DNA of 34,095 nt from Spirogloea muscicola (taxonomy: Eukaryota): assembly GCA_009602725.1 (NCBI GenBank), contig WELB01000003.1, positions 960,064 through 994,158 of the forward strand, written 5' to 3'. The translations under genes were made by a program, and so were the position numbers. Shown here piece after piece: positions 9,586-19,728 of the stretch. Position 1 is the stretch's first letter, and each line of letters opens with the position of its first letter. The notes under the pieces were generated by a model. It had not been told where the DNA came from, did not search any database, and worked only from the letters and a program-made list of their open reading frames with translations.

Positions 9586-11205
9586 ATGCTGCCGCTACCG
9601 CTGTGCTGCGAAGTGAGCTGCCGTCAGCTGCCGCCGTCCGCCACGTTTGCCTCGTGTTGCTGCGCAGGCTGGCCGCTGGCGGCAGGCGGGGCCGGCTGCC
9701 GAGCCGGCGGCGAGAGGAGGAGGAGGAAGGGCCAAGTAGGCGGCGGCGGCTTCGCTTCAGTGGGAGGGCGGAGCTTGCGCAGACGGCCAGTGGTTGCTGC
9801 TGCTACAGGGCCGGAGCACGAGGATGCGGCCACTGCCAGGGGTCCCGGGAGGCCGCCATCAGCTAGCAGGATGCAAAGCCAGGAGGCCATGGCAGGAGCC
9901 ACCAGCGACGACAGTGCGGGTGCTCAAGCTGACGGTCACGAGAGCAGCATGGACGGAGGCGAAGGTGGCGGCCGCAATGGCGGCACGGGGGGTGGTGGGT
10001 CGCCGGGGGACGGGCTCGGTGGTGATGCCGAGGCAGGGCCCCCCTGGCGCGGCTGGCGCCTCTGGGCGGGCTCCGTCCTCATGCAGAACCTCGTCCTCCT
10101 CGCGCACGTCGGCCTCGCGATGTTGTCGCCGCAACGGCGCGCCCGCATGCGCTCGCGATACGGCAATCTCTGGGTGCGTGCGTTCTGGAGCACTGATAAT
10201 AATTGGTGTTGCTCGGCTCCCTCTGAATCTTGAGACCGCCTTGAGCAGAATCAGCTTCGAGTGGCTCAGTCATGCAGGGGATGGCTCATGTACCACATGT
10301 TATATATCTGAACACCCATAGTCTAGACCCTGAACCCTCTCGCAGGACGGAGATGAGGGGGAGGACAGGCAGAGGAGGAAGCGCAGGGGGCGGCAGCAGC
10401 AGCAGCGCCGGCGACGACGTGCCGCTGCTAACGAGGCAGACCAAGAGGAGCAGTGGCGGGCACGGCGGAGGTACTGGCGGGCTTACCGGGAGATGCTGCG
10501 GCAGCGCGAGAGGGCGCAGCGGGCGCACGAGTGGCGTCAGGCAGAGCACGCTGCTGCGGATGGGGCCACAGGCAGCGAGGGGCAGCGAGGTATATCATCA
10601 ACCTCATCATACCTTTGCCTTTCCATGTCAGGCTCAAGGAGCTCAGTGCCAGTAGTAGAATCTGGACATTGGCCTCTACGGTATTAAATGCAGCTCCTAC
10701 CTCGAGCCTTGGTGCCATTTGGAGGCAGTGTGGCTGGGCTTAGGCCCCACACTGGCCGCCTGACTCCACTATGGTGCACCTTCTGAGTCGCACAGTAACA
10801 ACAGCATCTTGAGGCTTCCACTTGCTCAAGAGTCTGCTTGTGGCTCCGCATGCACGTGGGTGCTGACCAGGCAATGCTTTCCTCGTGACAGGAAAGACGG
10901 AGGGGCCAGAACTCACGTATCGACAATACGTGGCAAGGTGGGCGCGAATCACGAACTGCGACAGTGAGCAGCTGACGTTCTTGGACATCCCATGGCCGCC
11001 CGTCTGCAACCCATTGTTCTTGGAGTCTGGCGACTCAGCGGACATCAAGCGGGTCAAGCTGCGGCGTGCGCTGCTGATGTGGCACCCTGACAAATTTGCG
11101 GCGCGGTTTGCGGGCCGTCTCGACCAAGGTGAGCGTGACCGCATTGGTTGCGAGGTAATGCGGGTGGCACAGGAGGTAATTCGCCTCAAGGAGAGGCTGG
11201 CATAA
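9586..11205 (+). CDS. 3-exon protein: possible transit peptide, hydrophobic segment, Arg/Glu coiled coil, C-terminal HPD domain (NFKBIL1-C / J-domain-like)
   Basis: Phase-consistent GT-AG exons 9586-10173, 10346-10589 and 10892-11205. The last exon has LTFLDIPWP...LRRALLMWHPDKFAARF. Start codon uncertain. Confidence 0.65.
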
Positions 11206-12220
11206 GCCATGTCAGATGGGAGGCCGTTATTGTCTCGTCGTATCTTGAGATTGCTTCACTTGTCGTTGAGCTATATGAACGTGTTGGACGACCAGCGAAA
11301 AGACGTGACGGTAGCAGTGGCGCTCCTATCAGCGACTGGATGTCTGTGCACACTTGGTGTAACTCCAAGCCTTGAGCAAATACTAGCACACTTCACAGCA
11401 CTTTGAAGTGTCTCGATTTGCCGCAAGAATCTGGGTTGACTGGCTTGTGCAAGACATTGCCATTGCGCTGAACAGCCTTGGCACATATGGCCACTACCTG
11501 AGCGCAACATTACGACAACTGTTGAGTCTTTGAGTCTAGCAGAGGATGGACTCCTTCCCCACTGCAGCACTGCGCTTGCGCCAGAAAGTGTTTCCACGAA
11601 CTCAGCGCTCGACACTTCTTACTCAGATAGCAACCTCGAATGGTGGGCAGGCTCTTGAGCCTACGTCGGGCCACCCTACTCCAACAAGTCCACGACCAGC
11701 TCACTGATCCCTAGCATTGTACGTCAAGAAGTACGTAGGTATTGCCTTGGCTTGTGTCCTCAAGAAAGCAGAGTCTTACACTTAAAGCTTCATGGTATGT
11801 ATAGTACTATCCAGCTTCGTATCTGATGTTGAGGTTTCCGGGAAGTTCACCCTTGTTCACGCTTTTGGGGTGGCCTCTGCAGCTGTTGCCTTACACTGAA
11901 AGAGCTGTTTCTGTTTCTAATGGCTGGCATTTCACAGCCGATTCTTTCATATCAGCAGCCGCTTTCTTCTAATTGTCACTTGCATATCAAGCACTCCAGT
12001 CAAGCTGCAGTACTAACTCATTTGCTTGATTCCTCGAACAATAACTTTACTTAACTCGCAAGCGCAGCTTGCGATAGTGCTCATCGTCACGCACCCAAGT
12101 GCAGCATTTCGTTGCTGGCTGTCTGCTGCAGGCAGCAGCAATTTGACTGTGCCGTCGGCAGTCTGGCCGCAGCCGCCGCCGGCGCCGTTGCCATTGGCGC
12201 TGGTGCTGGCTACCCGCCCT

Positions 12221-15200
12221 ATGTGCAGCTTGCAGCCTGCGGCAGCCGCGGCGAGCCTCCTCCGCAGCTGCCTGCGCCGGTGGTGGGCGCCCGCGGCGCC
12301 GCCCGAGAGCGCGCCGCTGCTCGGCCAGCGGGCTGCGAGACACATCGACGCCGCTGTCGGCCTGACGACTGGCGCCAAGGCGCCCTCGAGGAGGTCCGCA
12401 GCGTAGCCATGGAGGCTATCTCGCCAACCTCGCGTCTATGTGTTGGCGGTGGCCGTGCCTGACGTCCTGCACAGCATCGCCGCGCTCAGGGAGGAGGGAC
12501 AGCGGACTTCTGCTGCCGCCGCCGCCACAACCGCCGTCGACTGGTCGTTCGCCCTCCGCCTGCTGCGGCTCGCACGGCTGGCACGAGCTCGAGTGAGCAC
12601 TGCAGCTATCACGCTTAAGTCTGGGCTGTAATGGGCAGGACTTGGGCATCAGAGTCGAGGCCTGCAGTGTGAGGCCTAGTCTGGACCTCTTTGACATTGG
12701 CGTGTTTGCATGTGCGCACTGGCAATGGCTTCACCATGGCTCCGGCGCTGAGCTACCGCTGACCAGTATCGTGCAAGTCATATAAGTATATGCCAAGTTA
12801 CGTCGCGCTCTCAGCTCAGTCGCAGCAAGCCCTCATCTTGATCTCCTAGTCTTAGCCCCGCAGCCTAGGCCCTTAATTTGATAGCCGGAGTGCCATTGGC
12901 TGTTGCAGGGTGCTCTGCTCCTGGTGGCGCTGGCCCTTGCCCACGTGCTGGTGACAGCGCAGGTCGGCCAGCTGGCTGGCCTCTTCTACAAGGCGCTGGT
13001 TGATGGGAACGCTTCGGTAGCTGCCCCCGATTCCAAGTGTCAAGGGCCTCAACAAAATCCCATGTCTTTGTATCTACTATGACTAAGGCCAAATTGGTCG
13101 GGGAAGCCCTGTTTTGCACGTAGATTTCCAAGTTCGGGAGCACTTGCCTTGGTGTCACTTATTTTAAATGTTGCTCGAAGCACAACCCAATCCTACTCGA
13201 AACCTGTGCAGAAGCTGACATATAGGGGACTATATTTGGTCTTGTGGGTTACACTGCAATGTCTCAGCTTCAGCATCAATATTAAAAGCCACTTCCAGGC
13301 CCTTTTCTTCATCATTAGTAGTGATGTCTCCATGGTGCTCAAGCTACTGACATACCTATGCAAACTTTGTGCAGCTCTTCTGGCGGGCGGTCAAGTGCAA
13401 CGTGCTGTGGTATGGCCTGGCGACGCTTGGGAGCGCGGCGCAGCAATGGGCGGCGGAGTGGCTGAGTCTGGGGTGGCGCCGCAACCTTACGCGAGCTGCG
13501 CATGAGGCCTACTGCCGCAATGCCGCTTTTTACCGTGTCGGCCTGCACTTCCAGGAGCTGGACAATCCCGACCAGCGCATCGCGCAGGTAGTGACTTGCA
13601 TTGAGCAGCTGCAACTTGCCCCAAGTTGGCACTTCATGACACTCGGCTTCTGGTGGAGCCATCCTCTAATCATTGCCTAGACCTCTGCAGCATTTAGTTT
13701 ACATCCCAATCAAGTGGCTTTGTTGCTGAAGCACAAACACACACAAGCTTTGTAGGAGATCAGCAGCTTCTGCAGAGGGCTGGCTGATTTTCTGGCCAAG
13801 ACAGTGGCTGCCCCGTTCATGGTCCTATACTACGGATGGTGGACCTGGTCCCGTATGGGGTGGTATGCACCTGCCACTGGAGCCCTCTTCTTCCTCATGG
13901 CTGCAGCCTTGACGAGAAGGATCATCTCGCCCATCGCCGCGCTGGTGGCCAAGCAGGACCGGCTGGAAGCTGACTTCCGAATGTCCCACTTCAGGTAGCA
14001 CCATGGGCAGCGGTAATGACTAGATGACAGACTTGCCAGCTAGCTAAAGAGAACTGCAACTTCTTCCGGGCTACTTGTTGTCAACGTTGCTGGTAATTCC
14101 ATGTAACTGTGGGGCTTCATAGGTGCAATTGTCCTGTGGACCGCCATTGTTGACTGACGAGATCCTTCACAGGCTGAAGGACTACGCAGAAGAGGTGGCT
14201 CTCCATGGCAGTGGCCTCACGGAGGCGCACTACCTGGACGCGGACCTTACGAAGGTCCTGACTAACCAGAGGCTCCTTGCAGACCGCCACTTCCTGCTCA
14301 AGCTCGCCACCGGTGCCTGTGACTATTGTGGTCTGTAACCTGGCCTATCATGCTCTTCTACTCATAGAGTGTGAGAGATCTTGTTCTTAGACCTCCTTGA
14401 CAAAATGCCGCAGGTGTACTCCTTACTAAATGTGCAGCATCCTGGTAGTACAAAGAATGGAGATGCAGGCCACCAGTGATCTTATGCTTTTGCTACTTCT
14501 AGCTGACACACCCAGCCGGTGTTCTTGTGCGACCAGGGTCTCTGTCAAGTTACATGGTGCTGGCGCTGATGATCTTTGGAGGACAAGTTGATAGGACCAT
14601 GGACAAAGGCGCCATGGCTCAGCTAATCAGCAACTCTGCTTTTGCAATACTACAGCTCATTTACAGGTAAGAAGTAGTCTCGTGGCTCTGCTGTAATTGA
14701 ACAACTCGTCTTTCGCTAGAAATTCATATCAAAAAGTCGCTGGATGGTCGGCTTCCCCATGATGCTTGTCAACGTCCTTACCAGAGTTGCCTCGTGCTTA
14801 TGAAAGAGGACAGCTTACTTGCCTTTATGGTTTGCATATAATATCTCACTTCAAGCACTGAGCGAGAGCTTCCTTTCCAGCTTCTCTCAGGTCATTGACG
14901 CTTCCAAGGTTCTCTCAGAGGTGGCCGGCGCAGCCTCAAGAGTGGCAGAGCTACTGGAAGTGTTTGACACCGTGTCAACTGATATGAAGGAGCCGTCAAC
15001 TGCTGATCAAACACTGAATCAAGCCAGCTATCCAGCTAAATCAGATGGCAGTATTGGCAGCTACGCACTGGCAATTACGGAGAACCCAGAGCTCGCCTTC
15101 AAAGGACTTCTCATTGGCCCTGTGTCTGTGATCCTCCCCGGTGGTGACGATCTCGAGTTCTCCATCCACCGATGCCCAGTGGAGCTTCTGAGCTTGCTGG

Positions 15201-17467
15201 CTGCAGTCTTTCCCGGGGTCTGCCCAGATGACATGCTCATCGTCCCAACGTTCCAGCGCAGTGCGCTCGACCTCTGCGCTGGTAACGCTGACGACCAAGA
15301 CGAAGTTGCGGAGGAGATGGACCGGATGCTGGCCGCATTCCTGAGCTTCCAGATATCAATCTGTGAGTTTCTCAGAGGAAGGGGCCACTGGGCGGACGCA
15401 ATCGACCCCAAGTCTGGGCATGCGCTTGCGCCCAGTCCAGAGCGCCCAGTTCGGAGCGGCGAGGCCTCAATTGAGGATGGACAGGTGGCAGTCCTAGAAA
15501 GCCGGCTGCCGTACAGTGAAGCATATGCAGCGAGCGTCCTGCTGGGATACGCGACGGTGGAGGCTGGCGCGTGCATCGTGACACGCCACCCAGTATTTGG
15601 CACCCGCTGCTACCCGGCGTCGCTCTTCACTACGGCTCCACTGCAGGACCTGCTCCTTGCCATTGACAAAGTTGGACCATGTAAAAGTTGCACTGGCCAA
15701 GCTCGAGCGACAGGCAGTTATGGTAATGGCGGTGGAGGATGTCATAAGGAGCGGAGTAGAAGTCACAGCAAACCGGATATGTGCGACAGCGGATCTGCAT
15801 CTGAAGATCTGGCCCCTAAAGACCGTCCTCCAGATACAGAGCCACTTTTAGGAGAAGCAAGATGCAATCTGGAAGCCTCAAGTCAACCCATCCTCCTGGG
15901 GATTCATCGCTTGACCTTGTGTGCACCCAGGTCCGATCTAGTTCTCATTAAAGACTTATCTGTTACCGTGGCTGCTAGGAGATCCTTGCTTGTGATGGGA
16001 GACAGTGGGGCCGGCAAGTCCAGCCTCGTTCGCGCCATTTCCCGCCTGTGGCCGCTTGCGGCAGGTCCTATTTCTTACTTGCTCACCTGTTGCCCTTGAA
16101 GCACCACTGCAAGTTAAAACCCACCAGAATGACCCAACAAAATTAAGCATACCTAATTCATAAGCTATGCTTGTGCTATGGTGGCTGCATGACGTTATCG
16201 AGCTCTTTCTGTTTGAAATCTCACCTTCCATTCTGTGCAGCGCGCCAAGTCTAGTACCAATGTGCACCTCTGAATCGTCACAAGAGCTTATACTGCTTGT
16301 ACTGTGTAATTGCCATCAAACTGAGCTTCTTCTTGACAGGCACGGTAAAGAGCACCCCTGGCCTCCGGACCTTGTACGTCACGCAGAGGCCCCTGCTTTG
16401 CCGGGGCGGCCTTGCTGCTCAGATCCTGTACCCAAGGAAGCCTGACTCAATGTCATTCAATGAGGGTACTGCTTTGTGGTTGGAGCACCTCCTCGAGATG
16501 GTGGGCCTCCAGGACCTACTCCGCCTCACTGGCGGCGATTGGAATGTAAGACTCAGATAGGTGACAGCAAACTATGTCATTTGTTCAAGCATTTGCTCAC
16601 ATGTGAGCCACAGATTCTCTTCTGTTAGCATGGGACATAGTATGCATGCATAACCCATACACCATATATGAATGTTGTATGCACACAGATGTGCCAGGAC
16701 CTCAAAAGACCCGGCAAATTGCATGAATGCACAAACAAGTCCTTGCTGTGCTTTTTGCGGTGTCTTGCTTAATTGGGTTAGAGATTCATCTTGAAGCTTG
16801 CTGTGAGCTGATGTCATGATATACCTCAGGTACCTCTTGACTGGAGCCGGGAGCTGTCGCCAGGAGAGCAGCAGAGCCTGGTGCTTGCTCGGGTCCTGTG
16901 CCACCGCCCGCAGCTTGCCATACTGGACGAGGCAACGACCGCCATAAGCCAGCAGGCAGAGGTTGGCTGCTACCGTCTTAGATGCTTCCTGTTGAGAAAT
17001 AATATGTATACCATGATGTCCGGCGTCTTCTACTCACTCTGCTTCTACTTATTCTACTTCTCCTTCTTCTACTTTGAAAAGCATAACTCAGGAGCTGAAC
17101 AATACTCTTGCTTGTGGTAAGACAAAAGAATTCATCATATCGGTCCTTACTACACTACCTCGTAATGTCTGTATGAGCGACAATGACCAATGCCAGACTC
17201 TGTTGGCAGTTTTCTATTTCCTCGACAAGCTGTGGCCATGAGGGCTCTATTTGCTCATAGTCACAGCAATGTGGGCTCTCTTTGTGCTCACAGGCACAAT
17301 TCTATGGGCACCTCTTGGCAAGTGGTACGTGCTTCGTGAGCTTGTCTCATGGCAGCTCGCTGGAAAAGTGGCACCACACTGTGCTCACGGTGCTGGGCGA
17401 CGGGCGGGGTGGCTGGCGCCTTCGGCCATCGACCAACGCCCCTTCAGACAGCTTCCACGCCTCTTGA
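12221..17467 (+). CDS. ABCD4: ABCD4-like half ABC transporter (candidate cobalamin exporter) fused to an internal MMADHC/CblD domain
   Basis: Phase-consistent GT-AG exons: 12221-12393, 12475-12592, 12909-13016, 13375-13587, 13756-13994, 14173-14330, 14537-14666, 14881-16064, 16340-16545, 16830-16961, 17294-17467. Motifs: WRRNLT..H..Y, LDNPDQRIAQ, QDRLEADFRMSH, DYCGSLSSY, SFSQVIDAS.VLSEVAG...RVAEL (ABCD4-like), Walker A GDSGAGKSS, LSPGEQQ, ILDEAT, SLSH. The 5' exons are less certain. Confidence 0.88.
15152..15655 (+). other. MMADHC: MMADHC (CblD)-like domain inside the ABCD4 gene
   Basis: LEFSIHRCP..L...VFP...MLIVPTFQ...DL...EMDRML..F.....IC..LR.RGHWADAIDP.SG...LGY....GAC.V.RHP.FGT....SLFT.A aligns by eye with recalled human CblD VECAIQTCP..FP..MILTVTQ..IC.ALRAEGYWADFIDPSSG..LGF..GCCKVIRH..WGT..SIFTNA. 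Confidence 0.9.
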
Positions 17468-18265
17468 AATGATCCCAAGACCAGCACAGCTTCAGCTGCG
17501 CTACGACTGCGCTGCAACTCGCAGCTGACCAGGGAAAGGAGGTGCTGGCTTGCATGCAGCTGCCGGGTCAAGAGCAGTGGTTGTGAGCACCAACTTTGCT
17601 TTGCCAGGCTTCTCAGACCTACGACAGTGATGGAGTTGGACCAATCACTATGCCGTCTTGACAAGCAGTAGTCTCAAGGAGCTCGTTTCCTGCATCAGCT
17701 AGCCTAAGCCCTGCTGATTTGAAGCATATACACTTTCCATCATCCTCAACAAACTTTTTCGCCCCTCCTCTAACACCCCCCTCCCTCCACTTCCTAAAAC
17801 GGGTCCAATTACGTCTATTCTTCAGTCATAAGTAGCTGAAGTTGGACAAGCATAGCGCACAACTTATGATACAGAGTTGGTAAAGTGTCAAGCACAATAG
17901 GTGCCAGCAGATGAAACGATTCTAAGTTCCAAAGTGACAGAAGCTGAGCGCAAAGATGGCACGCTAGCTGGCCCCAAAGCTCCGCCAGCACAACCCAGTG
18001 CACATGCCAGCAGACGCAGGCAAGGCCTGACCACATTACCACCTGACTTGAGACCTCAACGGCCTTCAAAGAACTCCAATATACAAGAGTATTGTACAAA
18101 GGGGCCGACCAGTGAGCTGCCGGCTATGGTTCCACTGTACCTCTGCAACAAACCCTGCTAGCCGAGCTACAAAACCGACATGGGCTTGAGCAGCACCGCA
18201 GCAGGTGCCAGTTCTAAACACAGTGGCTGGACACCTCGGGTGCGCGCACACTCAGGTCGACGCTT

Positions 18266-18635
18266 TCAGGCCTCGTGCTTGAACGCCGTCTCCTTGGTGG
18301 CGTTGCGCGCGTGCTCCTTCTCGGCGACCTCCGAGCCCTGCTCTTGGTCGCGCTCCTTCGGCGGGTCCTTGGCGAGGACGTCGCCCGTCGACTCCTGCTC
18401 GCCCGTGTCCCACGACGCCGGCGCGTTGCCCGTCCTGAACGGCGCCACGGCAAGGACCTCAGCTGCAGACGATGGCCGCGACGGCCCAATTGCCGCCACG
18501 GCGGCGGCACGGGTGCTGCTGCAGTGCCGGCGCTCACTTGCCGACGGCGGTGCTGGTAACGGGCTCGCCATAGATCTGGCCGAAGCCCTCGTCGGCGGAG
18601 CGGCCCGCGTAGCCGTCGCCGTACGAGTCGTTCAT
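18266..18635 (-). CDS. Small hydrophilic 2-exon protein (88 aa) resembling a conserved uncharacterised plant family
   Basis: Exons 18635-18538 and 18434-18266 (intron GTGAGC...TTCAG, in phase). Product MNDSYGDGYAGRSADEGFGQIYG...DQEQGSEVAEKEHARN... recalls plant proteins with YATRSDEEGFGGIYG / QGSEVKEKEKARH motifs. Confidence 0.7.
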
Positions 18636-18884
18636 GTCGTCCCTGCCACAACGACGACGGCCGCCATCACACGCCGCATTGCAGAGAGCCAACCAATTGG
18701 CGCGGAGTAGTGGCGGGGCAGAGACATGCACCTATACTCCTGGCGCTCGGCCGCCATGGCGGCCGGCGGGAAGGAGGCGGGGGCGGCGCGGGCGGCGCGG
18801 GCGGCGGCNAAGCTCCCGTTTGCCGTAGGCTCTTTTTGCGATACTTTTTTTTTTTTTTTGCATATGCTGTGTGGCTTGGGCGCC

Positions 18885-19136
18885 TATTGGCAAAGCCAGC
18901 CCAAAAAGAATGGACAATGTGTTATGCCAAAGACAGAGGAGCCGGAAAAGGACTACACTACAGAACACTGCAAAACACGTAGACGATGCAGAGGGAAGCT
19001 CAGTACCCACGAGTGAGCAACATCGGGTCTGAGTAGCTCGCTGCAGGGAAAGAGGCACTCCGCTGAGAGCCAGAGGCGGCGGCCATAGCACGGCCGGCTC
19101 GCGTGTGGACGGCGTGGGCAAGGGAGCGTTTGGCCC
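18885..19136 (-). mobile_element. Isolated RLE retrotransposon 3' end plus hairpin tail
   Basis: KRSLAHAVHTRAGRAMAAASG...SDPMLLTRGY* (stop at 19000), followed on the same strand by ACATTGTCCATTCTTTTTGGGCTGGCTTTGC (~18890-18920). Confidence 0.75.
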
Positions 19137-19728
19137 TTGTTCGTTGTAACTGTTGTTTTTTTCCTGTTCGTTGTAACTGTGCTGGCTTTTCACAGAAATA
19201 AAGAAGTGGCCTCTCCCAGCGAATCTGTGTGGAGACGCTTGTGTGGTGCACAATGGCGACCGAAGTTGGATGCCTGACCAATCGCCTCAAGCTGAACAAA
19301 GTGAAGTGGATGCCAATGATATCCACAAAGGCCTCACTGTGACTTGTATGCTTAAACACTACTCTCACCGGGCCTGACTAACTTTCCACTCACTGTGGTC
19401 ACTCTGCACGTGTGTAACATATTAATGGCAGGACAGACTTGTCATGGACGGAGCTATATGGCCTAACACCAAACATAATCTGCTCTGTGATTCAGCTCAA
19501 TTTCAGCACTATCACACCATGAAAAGGGTGCTGTTCTGTTAAGAGAGAGTCTGCTATTGTGCTGGTGACAAGTACTTTGTGTTGGAACAAGTATCTTGTA
19601 ACAAGCATGACGATGCATCACAAGTGAGTAGGGTGCCAATCTTGTAGCCAGGGTTGGAGGAAGGCCCATAGAATTTGGTGCAAAATGGTCTCTGCAGAAA
19701 CTAGCGCAGATATCTGGTGTCATCATTC

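Noticed and set aside
12221..17467. Peroxisomal fatty-acid transporter (ABCD1-3/CTS) or two adjacent genes
   Set aside because: TM segments match ABCD4 better by eye, and the CblD domain shares one open frame with both the TM end and Walker A.
18809..18809. Single N base
   Set aside because: Assembly ambiguity or gap, not biology; adjacency across it should be treated cautiously.
19138..19180. 16-bp direct repeat TGTTCGTTGTAACTGT as a target-site duplication
   Set aside because: Both copies lie on the same side of the retro fragment, so it is a local tandem duplication (similar ones at ~926-959 and ~8327-8365).
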